64,000 bases of DNA, taken from contig CM082585.2 of NCBI GenBank assembly GCA_040954595.2, positions 7,851,353 through 7,915,352 of the forward strand, read 5' to 3'. Both the position numbers and the translations under genes were made by a program. The notes under the pieces were generated by a model, which made no database searches, was not told the DNA's origin, and saw only the letters and a list, made by a program, of their open reading frames with translations. The stretch comes from Balanoglossus misakiensis (lineage: Eukaryota; Animalia; Hemichordata). Below, one piece after another: positions 49,891-62,159 of the stretch. The number at the start of each line of letters is the position of its first letter. Position 1 is the stretch's first letter.

Positions 49891-51475
49891 CTTGACGAGT
49901 GTGAACAGGGATGGGAAAGACCCCCTGAATTGCTTTCGATGGGATACAGGCTCCCTAAGTTGGCTTATTTTATCAACCTGTAGATCTACCCATGTCATGT
50001 GATCAGCTTGTAAATTCAGAGTTATTTTTATGCACCTGCAAGCAGTAAAGCTTTCAAAAGCAGCCAATCCAAGATGAAATACAAATCATAGTTTCAAAAA
50101 TGTTAGTCTGAGATGTATGTGTGTGTAGATGGTGTAAATGACGCCACTTGTAATTTTCATGGATTGCACCAGTAGATTAGATTTAGATTAAATCACATCA
50201 CACATTTATTTTTTGTCTACAGAAACTTTATTTCAAATGTCTACAAAATCGAATCCAGTATGCTACACACCTTCACATATGGTAATATCAAAGAGCAGTA
50301 CAGACAAGCTGCTGCTGTGTATTGGTTGTGTCTGCATATCAGTTAAAAAGGTTCAAAATCATCGGTTATTCAAAATCTGCAAACATCATACTCTAAAATT
50401 AAGTAATACAATATACCCACTAAACCACGTCACAAATTGAACCTGTCATAATTTCATGAAAATACATTATATCTTTACCTAAGCATAAAACTGGGACTTA
50501 AGATCTGGATAAAATACAATCTAGATTGAAATAAAACTATTTCAAGATATATTTATCACAATAAACATACACTTTAAAAATCCCCTGAAATGCTAAAAGT
50601 GCACGATGTCAAGGTCAAACCACCAAATGAGTACAAAAAATATACTATATTCTATATTCTGATATATATAATAAAATCTTTCCTACTCAAATATTTCATT
50701 ATACACCACAAATACACGTTCAACTTAGTATATTCTCAAGGTTATATATTTTTCTCACCAGAATAAACAAGGGGAATAATGCATTCAGGTTGAACTTAAA
50801 TGCTGTCATAGTGTTAACTTTGCAAGATGATTTTCAATTCTGATACGAAATGTATCAAGATTAAAAATTTCTACACCACATGATAAGTTTTATATATATA
50901 TGAAAAATTAGACCGCTTCCTTGATCAATTCATATACACATGATTTCATTGCTCATAGCAATTTAATGTTTCACCCTGAAATGAGTTTGATTGAACCCTG
51001 AAAAATTGACCGCGTCACGACCGAAAGGCTGAGCTATTTTATTATACACCGTAGTATTCGAAAATTTCATTTTCAAACACAGGCACATCTAGTTAAATGG
51101 AATGATTAAGTATAACAATCACAAACCAATGGTTTCACAATTGTATCGAAGTGACTAGGATTGAAAACTGTTGATATGAAACAAGATACAATGATTCCTG
51201 AGAGGGCTCTTTCCCAGTCTTATTAGTGAGCCCATAAATACTGTCAGCCTGGTTTCTGGTGGTTCTGTTAATTCTGGTGTCATGTATATTAGTACTGCTA
51301 TAATCTAAGTCAATCTTATGCTACATTTTTTTTTAAATAGACAATCAAAACTACGAAAAAAGGTGGATCAAAACTGACATGCAGTTTGTAATCACTTGAT
51401 GGCATTGGCAAGTTTAGAAGAAAAACACTACATTCGGCAAATTCAATGTAGGCCTGATTACAAACGAGCTCTCTC

Positions 51476-53893
51476 CTACTCCTGCTTCTTCTGGATTCTT
51501 TGGGATCTGCGGATGGTCTTCGTCTCGGTCTTCGTCACGGTGTGGATCTCCTTGGTTTCGCCCGAAGCCAGTTCTTGCACGGCCTCGTACACCATGAAGG
51601 GAGGGATACCCATGTACAGCACGGAGAAAACCCCGAAGACAATTACAGTGACTAAGTCGGTGCTGAAGTTACCAGATCCAGCCAACATCTCCGGTACACA
51701 ATACATCCAGCCTGTGAAAAATTGACCCAGACATGTTTATATATACTTTCCACGCAGTCTGTTCATCTTCCATACCTTGTCTCCTTAACTTGTTCTCATA
51801 CATCATTTTCATAAGTCTAGCGCCCTCAAACAGCCATAATGAATTTGAACTCAAAGCGAGGCCAATGGAGAAACTGTTGATGGATTTGCTTTATCTTCCA
51901 CTGGCCTCGCTTTGAGTTCAAATTAATGATGGCTGTGTGAGGTTGCCAGACTTGTATTTTTTTATAAATTGTTTATTACAATAAGGCTCTAATTTGTAAT
52001 CAAAAAGGACATCAGAGATTTTCCGGGCTGCCCATTATATATTAAATATTTCTTACCTAAAACTATGCACAAACAGGCCACAAAAGTCTGTGCAATAGGC
52101 CGGTAGAACTTGTCTTTCAAGATGGCATTCAAAAGAAACATTTCCACAGGTACGAGGAGAATGACAGCCAGCAGCAGAATTGCAACAACATCTGCATCTC
52201 CCGTCAAAATTCTCTTGTCCACCTTTCCGTATGCTCGACCTGTCGATACGAAGAAACAAACACTTTTCAGTTTGACCATTTGTTGATTTAAAACTGCACA
52301 ATCAAAATTATTCTGAGTGTCTATCTGTTTCTCTGTCTTGCATCAACACAGATAGCTGTACAACATCAAAAAGCGTGTACTGCACTCAATGAAATACCAA
52401 GTATGTACATGTATGTGCTTCATTTACAACAGAAACACTGTTTACAGATGACAATGTAAATCATGAAAATTGCATTTAACTCAACTTGAATTTGTCAGCA
52501 ATAATGCCTGTGGTTGTTATGTAGTGGTTGTAGTACATGTACAACCCAAAAATGCGTCCTCAACTCTTTGTAAGCAGGTCCTTATCTAATTTGCATATTT
52601 TGAAAAGGTTATTGGCCTTAAAGGTCAGAACTCAAACCATTGAGGCCATTGGCCTTGCATAGCCTATATCGCACTACTGTCCTAGGTAACCATCTGTATA
52701 TATTTTGATCTGGTCCAGAAATGCAAGTGAAATAAATACATGTAGTGCATCCTGAATGCATTTATACACACACATACATACATACATAACCTTGGACTTT
52801 GTTGTGTAGCTACATGCTTGATTGTAGGTCAAATAGAAGGACACCCTTGACTCCATAGGTGAATTTGAACACATAATTGACCATATAAGATAATTGTGAG
52901 TAAATGATAAAAAAAAACTATAAAAAATACTTTGGAAATAGCTGTTTAATACATACACATTAGGGCCATCAGGTTATCAGACTCAAATGCTGCATTTGGG
53001 CCATACACAAAGTAGAGTATCAAATATGGCAGATCCTGAATTTAAATACACAAAGAAAAAAGGTCATTAGACATTAACATTACTGTGCAGAGAACAGATA
53101 ATTTTCAATAGTATTGTTAGTGAGAAAACTGCAATGTATTTCTTTTCCCACCTGAATATTGTTCCAGGTATTTCAAATTTGCAATATCGTTGGCAGTATA
53201 TGCACTGTATATTCAAATAATGCATAATACTAATTGGATTTAAACCAAGGTCATATGCAGACAAAAGTAAAAATATTGTAATTTGTACAAGTGATCAGTC
53301 TTCATACATACAGCAGATTTCCATGTCCAACAATGTGACAAGCAACGACAAAATAAAAGCAACCAAAGATAATAATTATAAAAAAAATACTGAATAAGTT
53401 AATAGGCGTCTGCGATATCCACGACCTAATAACCGAGTTAGTAACCCAGTTACTGTACTGAACTAGTTAAAACAGAATAACGTGTACATTTCACATTTGT
53501 TATGAAATGTAAGCAACATGTTATCTCATATAATTACTTGTGTACGCATTCTTGTGTAATAAGATAGGTACAGAACGATAAAATGCAATGAAAACGTCAA
53601 ACAACCCCCCCCCCCCCCCCTTCATGACCTTGACTAACCCCAACTGCTAACGAATGTCACCCTGAAAAGTAAACAAGCACAAAGGACTATGCAAAGCGGG
53701 AACAGTTTACCCCAAATATATGAGCCGTCATATCGAAAGCGGTCCATCCTAAAATGAACTTATTGGTCCTGGTCAGATGTTTGCCAAAGAAGAAAACAAC
53801 CAAACATGCCACCACTGCAAAAACAGCTACGAGAGAAAATCCAAACACTGCGCCAGTCTTAACACCCGAATTATCTTCTACCGGTACCGCCAT
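51476..53893 (-). CDS. Divergent tandem EBPL/EXPERA paralog
   Basis: Exons 53711-53893, about 52691-52751 (uncertain donor), 52057-52239 and 51476-51711 follow the layout of EBPL. Motifs WTAFDMTAH, AYGKVDKR, KDKFYRPIAQ, GWMYCVPE; C-terminal KKQE. Confidence 0.75.
51813..51953. mobile_element. Foldback/MITE-like inverted repeat in the last intron of the EBPL paralog
   Basis: aatttgaactcaaagcgaggcca and tggcctcgctttgagttcaaatt form a perfect core, with imperfect pairing extending to aagtct...agactt. Confidence 0.75.
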
Positions 53894-54480
53894 TTTTCAT
53901 CTGATAACAAATGGAACTTTTACACGTAGCAACAGATTCGTAATATTTTGGCGGCAATATCTAAAACCTTTAATATTACGCACATACGTTTATTTTCTTA
54001 CAGTTTTATATACATATTCTGGATTTTTAATGCTATATTTCGTTGTTTTTTTAGCGAAATGCTATCTGCAAATAAAACGCAGGCAAAATATGGGATTGAC
54101 CATCCCATAATGCTTCTCCGTTCTAATGTGCATTAGTTGAGAACTATATGGTCATTGGTTAATACGACTTAGATAATTTTTCAATATCCTCGAAATCTCT
54201 TCGTCTGTCAGCATAAATTCTACACTCTCGGATACTCTTAATGTAGTAAGACTGGGTGTGCTAAAAGCCACGGGCGAAAATCGATTGAATTTTCAAATAA
54301 TCAGATAAAACCGTACAGGGTGAAAATGTAGCAGCCAATCATATTTCACGACCAGGGCACCATCATACAGGAAGGTGATGACGTCACAGTCTGGCCGGCA
54401 TTTTGAAGTCGCTGTGGAAAACTGTTGTAGTGAATTTTCCTCATATTTTCATCAAGGTTTACTCGAATTTACGGATTACA
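53894..54480. promoter_or_regulatory. Bidirectional promoter between EBPL paralog and importin alpha
   Basis: Divergent ATGs are 588 bp apart. CCAAT 54335-54339, ETS-like CAGGAAG about 54368, CRE TGACGTCA 54379-54386. Confidence 0.6.
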
Positions 54481-57400
54481 ATGTCTCTCGAAGAAGGAGC
54501 AAGCAACGCAGTGCCAACAAGGATAAAAAATTTCAAGCATAAAGGCCGGGATCAGGATGTAAGTAAATCAAATTGCTGAGGTATTTCCCCAAACATTGCG
54601 TGTGATTCCCATTGGCGTGACGCATGAGATAACAGCTGATAATGTGATTCCAAATTTTACTTCGATTTTGGGTATATTTTTGGGGAAAATTCCGTATTTT
54701 TTACCACTGATCACTTCCAGACGTATCTTTGCTTCTTTAACTGTACTTTTTATGGTTTAACTTACCACAATGTTTTTGAAAATCCGAGTGAATATGTCAA
54801 ATATTTAGGCGACGAAAACCCGAGAATTGAAAAATGGCGGGGAATGAGCAAACAGTTCCATGGCAAAGTGTTGGCACCGTGAACAATAGAGATCCATTGT
54901 GCGTTTGGAAAATGTCATGTGTTTGTTCATTCTGTTTTGCCCGGCTTTTTTACGATTAGAATGTGATCGGAACCCCCGTTTATTTCCAAGAGGCCATGTC
55001 TTATTTCTGAAAATATTGTTCGTTGCAATTCAGTATCATGTTCGAACAATCAGCTGACATGCGATATGATAACAAACTTCTTTCAGGTGTCATACCATGC
55101 TCAGACTTGTTTTCATTTTTGACTCGACTATATTTAATTGCGTGCCTAAATTTCAGTGCCGTTTTGGATCAACCATTGACCTCGGAGGGGGGAGGGTACA
55201 GCAAATATTGTAAAAGAAACATTTTGTTTATATACTGACATTCGCTTTGCCAGGGGGTGCTCCATGGGTGAAGCCCTAAAAGGGTGAGGCCATGGGAAGG
55301 TAACATGTGTGGCTTCTGATAGTGAACACAGTCACTGAGTACATCATGGCTGGGTCTTCAGGCTGGTCTTCGCAAATTACTGTAAAACGGAAAATTTTCG
55401 CAAACTTCACAAGAGCCAAAAAAACGCAAAAAAGCCCTAAAATCCTGGACACGTGTAAACATTTTGACATATACATAACCACTGTCAATGCAAATCATTA
55501 CAGTGATTCCTGCAAACCAAGGAGATGTCTAGAGATAATTGACATCTTCCGAGGTCAGTCAAACAAAAAATAAACCTTTGAGACCTGTTTCCTGTGATCA
55601 GGCCAACCGATTCATTAAAAATAGTTTGGGTCAAAGGTAATGAAGAATGGTGATCTTTTCAGGAACTTCTTTTGTAACACGATATTTATTGACACAAATA
55701 CTTTTTCCTGTCTTTCTCGCAGGAGATGAGGAGGCGGAGGAACGAAATCACAGTGGAGCTAAGAAAAAACAAACGTGATGATGTCATTTTAAAAAGAAGA
55801 AATGTCCCTAGGGTAGATTCTGCAGATTCTGACGATGGGGAGGTTTCTGTGGTAAGTGGTTAGCATTATCTCGGGCTTCATTTTGGGTGGGTGTGGGGAA
55901 TGAAACGATTTTCTAGTAAACCAAGTCAGAACGAAATATTTTCTGCAAGTAAACTGGTTTTCTGTTGGTATTGTTCAGAATACATCCTTGGAAACAATAG
56001 TTCAAAACGCTGCCAGCGAACAGCCGGGAGTACAACTCAGTGCAGTGCAAGCTGCCAGAAAACTTTTATCCAGCGACCGAAACCCACCAATAGACGACCT
56101 CATTGCGTCTGGAATTCTTCCTATTTTAGTACATTGCCTACAGTGTGATGACAAGTAAGTTCCTGTTTTGCCGTCCGTCACCCTTTCACCCCCATGCAGG
56201 GTTTTACATGACGCGCATTTCTGCGTCCTTTACGCACAAAACTGGGCGTGGGACCCGTCAAAAACTAAACCATGCGTCCCTTGGGACGCATGAAATATGT
56301 CTATTGTTGAGACCCTTGTTGCACGTTTCCTGATATCTAATGGGTGTACGCGTACACAGAGAGTCAATTAAACAGTTAATGACCTTATGACCTGTAATCG
56401 ATACTGATAACAGTTTCATAGCAAACTTGTAGCAAACTTGGTTTATTAATGAATTTGATACAGTTTACGTACACGCAGTCACCCTCTTGGGAATTATAAG
56501 TTACACTACGATATCACGCCTATATCGCACTTTGCTGTGTGCAAGCAGTGAACTACCGAGACTCCTATTGCTCTGAAACCAACTCCGTCCATGAGTACCA
56601 GCAGTCTTAGTTTTGTTGAAAACCCTGAACTTAAACTTTAAATATAGATTCAGCTGCAAATTTCTCGAATAAGACTTTAAGAAGACCAAGTTGAGAGTAC
56701 ATGTACTGGTATTCTCCATATTATATGCTTTAGGTCAAAGGGTCACTCATAAGGTGATGTTCAAGATGGGACCCCTAGCCATACTACAGTTGATCTTGGA
56801 ATTACTCCCTATATCTTGTAGACAATATCATTTTATGATTTGGATTGGTATTGATTCTTACAACCGTTGCCCATTCACAGAAGGATTTTCTAATTTCCAG
56901 CATTGATAAAATGATAAAATATTCTGGTGAAATAAATTGGGACCCCTATGGTTTGATGTAGGACCCCCATTTTTCAACACTAGGAGTCCCAGGGACTCCC
57001 AAAAGTAAAAAGCGATGTAAAACCCTGCCCATGTTCCATCTTCAGAGGTCCAACCCGACCATAGAACTATGGGTTTGGACTGAACTGTGGTGGTGAAAGG
57101 GTTAAGTTAGTAGATAGATATAGCCTGATGCTCCTGGAAAGAAGATTTCCGTCTGAACTTGTATCAGCTACTGCAGTAGAGAGCCATTGTTCTCTACACA
57201 ATTTGTCCTTCACTGTATGCAAATCAGGTGCAGTCTGCAATACAGACTGTATGTAAACATTATTTCAGTTAGGTAATTTTGTGCACTTTCATCCGTGCAG
57301 AACAGTGACTGACACTGTGGTGTGTCTGATAGCCCCATGAATGAATGAAAATGTAGTGTATTATGTAGTATCCCCGCTGCAAAGCATGTTCAACTTCCGC

Positions 57401-59884
57401 GAGGAATTTACCATTAACCCGTCTCGACTTATCTTCATCTTTCATATCACGTTGTCATTAATTCATTCTACAAAGTGCTGATGATGATTTCAGCCCGTCG
57501 CTACAGTTTGAAGCACTGTGGGCGTTGACCAACATAGCATCAGGAACATCATCTCAAACGCAGGCAGTCGTCAATGCTGGGGCAGTGCCTCTCTTTCTGA
57601 GATTGCTACTCTCCCCTCACCCGCACGTCTGCGAGCAGGCGGTATGGGCGCTGGGAAATATCATCGGTGAGTTGGTTAACAAAAGAAGTCTTTGAATGGT
57701 AGATCGCGTCTTTGTTATGTATTCCCAGTGCATTTAGTGGCCGTTCTGTCTGATCAGTGGCAAAAAGAACCGACAACAATCCAAACAAATCATAACAAGT
57801 TCTGTAATTTTTTTTCCTCTCTCTCTCCCGCAAAGGCGATGGCCCACAGTGCAGAGACTACGTGATAAGCCTGGGCGTCGTGAAGCCACTGTTGTCATTT
57901 ATCAATCCAGACATTAGACTTTCGTTTCTTCGGAACGTGACGTGGGTCATAGTGAACCTGTGTAGGAACAAAGACCCGCCTCCGCCGGTGGAGACCATTA
58001 CAGAGATCCTACCAGCATTGCGTGTGCTTATACATCATTCAGATACAAATGTAAGCATTGTTTGAGAATGATGCCAATATTTCAGTGAAGAAATTGGTAC
58101 ATAATTTCTCTCATTGACCAGAATCATCATCATATGTAAGAAATTTGCTCCAGTTACCATAGGGACGTGGACATTAATGTCTCGTTATGAAAGTCATGCA
58201 CTGATTGGATGGTGTCCAGACGTATGAATTGAACCAGCCAATCACTATGATTCTAACATTGCCACTCTGTTGTTTTCTCAATCTCAGATACTTGTAGACA
58301 CTGTGTGGGCACTTTCATACCTAACAGACGGGGGCAATGAACAGATCCAGATGGTCATCGACTCCGGAGTGGTTCCTTACCTCGTTCCGTTGCTTAGCAA
58401 CCAAGACGTCAAAGTTCAAGTAAGTGCCCAGATGTTTGTTCGTCAAACATTACTGATTTTGAACTCTGGTTATGTGAAACATATTATGACAAATGTCGAT
58501 GACAGATTTTATTGTGTTGACCGTTTTGTTTGGATGGTTTTGATTTACAGACAGCAGCTCTGAGGGCAGTTGGAAATATTGTCACAGGAACAGATGAACA
58601 GACGCAGATAGTTCTCAACTGCGATGCACTCTCCTACTTCCCAGCTCTATTAACACACCAAAAAGAAAAAATTAACAAGGTGAGACCGTGCAGCTTCAAA
58701 TATGTTCACCCATTTCCCCCCTAATACAGTGGTTCGATCCCAACAGATCCCCAAGTTTGTGTGCGCATACGTACTTGATGCACACGTCTGATCAGGAATC
58801 GAAATTGAAAATTCAGGATGCAAATACTGAGCTGTGGAACAGACCTGGCGGTTCCTTTTAATCAATAATGAGCGTTGCTGTGTACTCACCCGTTTGCAGG
58901 AAGCTGTATGGTTTTTGTCCAACATCACAGCCGGTAACCAACAACAAGTACAGTCTGTGTTAGATGCAAGATTGATCCCTCCTATTATTCATCATCTCAG
59001 CAGGGTAAGTATCTCTCGTCTCCACCAGACAACGTCCAAGTTTCATCTCTTACTATCCAAATATCCAAAGATGGCCAGGAACCCTGGTAGCATTTACTTG
59101 GGTACCGCCTTAACTAAAAACACTGATGTTTGCTGTCTTTTCCCCGCAGGGCGATTTCCAGACACAGAAGGAAGCAGCGTGGGCAATAAGCAACCTGACC
59201 ATCAGTGGCAACTGGAAGCAGGTGTTTTACTGCATCGAGCAAGGCGTCATCGAGCCCTTCTGCAACTTGCTGAGCGTCAAGGACAGCCAGGTGGTGCACG
59301 TGGTGCTGGACGGCATCAACAACATCCTCAAGATGGCCGGCGATAAGACGCAGCACATCGCCAACATGGTGGAACTGTGTTCGGGTGAGTCCCACAGCAA
59401 TGTGCGTTTGTGAATTCTCGTAAAAAATCTCTAAATGATTAAACCTGAAGGCCAGCTGGACTTTTTACTAAAACAGCAGTGTCTTTTGAAAGTGGGACAA
59501 GGTCTGACGTCAACTTTTCATTTTTCAGGTCTTGATAAGATCGAAGCAGCACAAAACCATGAAAACGAAGAGATTTATAAACTCGCCTATGAAATTATTG
59601 ACCACTTCTTTTCAGCTGAGGTAAGTACTGATAACTTAAATTTGTAATTTAAATTGAGCACTGAATTCGCTTTCCTTTGACTCGGCTATATGTATATGAT
59701 TTCACGAAAATGACAATAGTGCATGTACATATCGAGGGACTTTCAGAAACTGAAACGTGTCTTGTTTGTGTTTTCTTGCTCCTCACAGGATGATGAAGAT
59801 GCAGAGATAGCACCTGAGATGTCCCATCAAGGCTTCCAATTTGATCCAAACACCAACATACCGCAGGATGGATTCAAATTCTGA
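54481..59884 (+). CDS. KPNA3: Importin subunit alpha-3/4 (karyopherin alpha, KPNA3/KPNA4 clade), 11 exons
   Basis: IBB domain (RIKNFKHKG...[29 protein letters not shown]) and ARM repeats ([68 protein letters not shown]). Exons start at 54481, 55723, 55979, 57494, 57836, 58288, 58551, 58900, 59150, 59529 and 59789. Stop at 59882-59884; distal AATAAA at 62693. Confidence 0.95.
56178..57104. mobile_element. piggyBac-like MITE copy (inverted), split by the 831-bp element
   Basis: tcaccctttcacccccatg [insert] ttccatcttcagaggtccaac...ggtggtgaaagggttaa reconstitutes the reverse complement of the 60727/62065 copies. Confidence 0.7.
56197..57027. mobile_element. 831-bp non-autonomous DNA transposon (hAT-like CAGGG ends) in importin intron 3
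   Basis: 13-bp TIRs CAGGGTTTTACAT...ATGTAAAACCCTG, flanked by direct repeat CCCATG (56191-56196, 57028-57033). No transposase ORF. Confidence 0.75.
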
Positions 59885-60726
59885 GGACCTGGATTAGCTC
59901 TTACACAAAATAAACAATTCATTGTGCTTCCAATGAAAAAAAAGAAAGAAGGGGAAAAAACGCCGCGAGATAAAAAAAAATTACAAAATACAAACAACAC
60001 GAGAAATTTGGACTCAACAGGGAAAGTGCAACATTTAGACAGTTTTGAGACAAGATCATCTTCACTAAATATGAGCAACACGTGTGTTGAGAATTGGATA
60101 CAAACAGATCCTCAATGAAATCGATGGAGTCTGATCTACTTATCTTCAGAGAATGCTGGAGTGTGCCCCCATCCCCCAATCTCATTCTGTGCAATTGGAG
60201 ACAGAGGCCAAGGATAGAACACATCAACATAATACAACGCCAGCCCTGATCAAGCAGTGGATGTGGTGTTCGGCACAATTGGAAACTCTTAGAAGGAAAA
60301 TGAGTTTTTTCCCCCATATCGTTGCAGTGTGAATGTCCACAGCAATGTTGCATTTCTATGTACAAACCTGTCAACAGTGCCCCGCTGCCTTGTGAAATGG
60401 GTGGTGGTGTCGTCGCGACTGCTTGGACCGCCAACACCGTGCTTGCTGTGAACAACTCCGGTTGCCCTGGGAAACAATCTTTGCTGTCAACAGCGCCCAG
60501 CAGCCTCGGCAAGCACGTATGCCGTCGGCGTGGCGACGTTTGCCCTCTTCACAGCAGAGCAGGGTAGATGCACTGTTAACACGTTTGCAGCCAGAGAGAC
60601 AGAGAGAGAGGGTGATCACAGGCGTTGACTCTGGAGAAAGTCTGCGGGTACCACCGCTGTAAGTTATCCTGGTTAACAGCCGTGATCGCCAAACCACATG
60701 CTTACTCGGCCCTGAAGCATGCAGCT

Positions 60727-60819
60727 TTAACCCCTTTCATCACCATGGTTCGGTCCAACCCATTGTTTCCTATGGTACAGTTGGACCTCTAAAGAGGGAA
60801 CTGAAGGTGAAAGGGTTAA
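60727..60819. mobile_element. piggyBac-like MITE copy
   Basis: TTAA-CCCCTTTCA...TGAAAGGG-TTAA with TTAA target site, in the probable importin 3'UTR. Confidence 0.75.
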
Positions 60820-62064
60820 ACCTAGCGTGCTTGCAGCAATGCACGTTCGCTCAATATCAACTCCTAACCGTATGAAAACACTGCATTCTCACGACGGCGT
60901 GATCGCACAAGAATAAAACTCCAATTGGGGTGAAAATTTCTACGTTTGCTGTGAAAGCATCGGTGGCTGTTTATTTTCACGGTTTAGTTTTTACTCTCTC
61001 TGTTGTAATATTTTTTTTTGCCTCTGGTCTCTCAGTTGGGATTGCTAAAGACAGCCACTGTATGATTTCCTACCAGTAAAACTTCAGAAAGTGAGATTTT
61101 TCTCTTTTGAAATATTGGATTTCTCACCGGGCTTGACAGAAAAAAAAGTAAAAATTGATAGGAAATCTTGACATCTTGCATTTTAAAATAATTTCTGGAC
61201 CGTAGCTGTTGTATAGTGGGTTGGCTACTGTTGTTTTGAGTGCACTGTTCTGGACTTGGTTAGTACACTAGTTAAGTAATCCAGGTCGTGCTTAAACTTA
61301 CAAATGATATTTAAAGTGAAATCTTTTGATTTGACTGGCTAAATCCAGCCTGGCCTGTAGGTCTAAAAGATGGCTCGATGAACACTGGTTATTGCTAGCG
61401 TGCAGTATTTTGCCACAATATAGTACTCATGGGTGCACTGCTGTTGTGAAAAATCGTTAGAAGTTTATATTTCCCGCACAAAACTGCCATGAAAAATGTC
61501 CATGGGATGTTACTTGTCCCGTAGTATTCGCAGAAGTAAATAATTATGCTGTCTCAGCACGTCATAGAAGGAAGCCATTTGTGTATGTAGTTGGGCACTT
61601 AGTGACTTTTGTTTGTATTCTGCTATCAGCCGACTGTTGGAGTCATTTGCCAACATGGTGTCTTTCTCGGACGTCTTGTGTCGTTGTGCATGTATAATAA
61701 TTGTTTTAAATAGTACAAAATAGCGCTGTCGTACTCAAGAGAGAGATGTCAGATTGAGAGGGATTTTTTTCTGTTTCTTCGAGTAGCTTTGCTTGTAATG
61801 ACGACATCTTTGTAAAAGTAACCGGGTAGCGTTAGTAACTGCAGCTTTACAGGAGCATTTTTTCCTCTTATTTGTAATTATACTTCTGGCCGCCATGCTT
61901 TTTTCTGGGAGGGACAGCTTAACATTTTAATTTCTGTGTTTTGTCTTGCCCATGATTGATTTAATTAATTAATTTACAGCTGTCCTGATGGGCTGCGTTT
62001 GAGGAGGCTTCTGCAAAAGTGTCGGAAGCCCTCCTCGGTTTATGACGAATCTCATCCCAGCTAG

Positions 62065-62159
62065 TTAACCCTTTCACCACCATGGTTCAGTCCAAATCCA
62101 TTGTTTTCTGTGGTAAAGTTGGACCTCTAGAGAGTAGAACTGGGGGGTGAAAAGGTCAA
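62065..62159. mobile_element. piggyBac-like MITE copy
   Basis: TTAA-CCCTTTCACC...GGTGAAAAGG-TCAA; internal sequence matches the other copies. Confidence 0.7.

Noticed and set aside
59919-60697. 197-aa and 108-aa minus-strand ORFs after importin alpha
   Set aside because: They lie in the probable 3'UTR, with no domain pattern and no convincing splice context.
62001-62036. Hairpin gaggaggcttc...gaagccctcctc with AAAA loop, SECIS-like
   Set aside because: There is no properly placed ATGA/GA quartet, and importin alpha ends at a normal conserved C-terminus.
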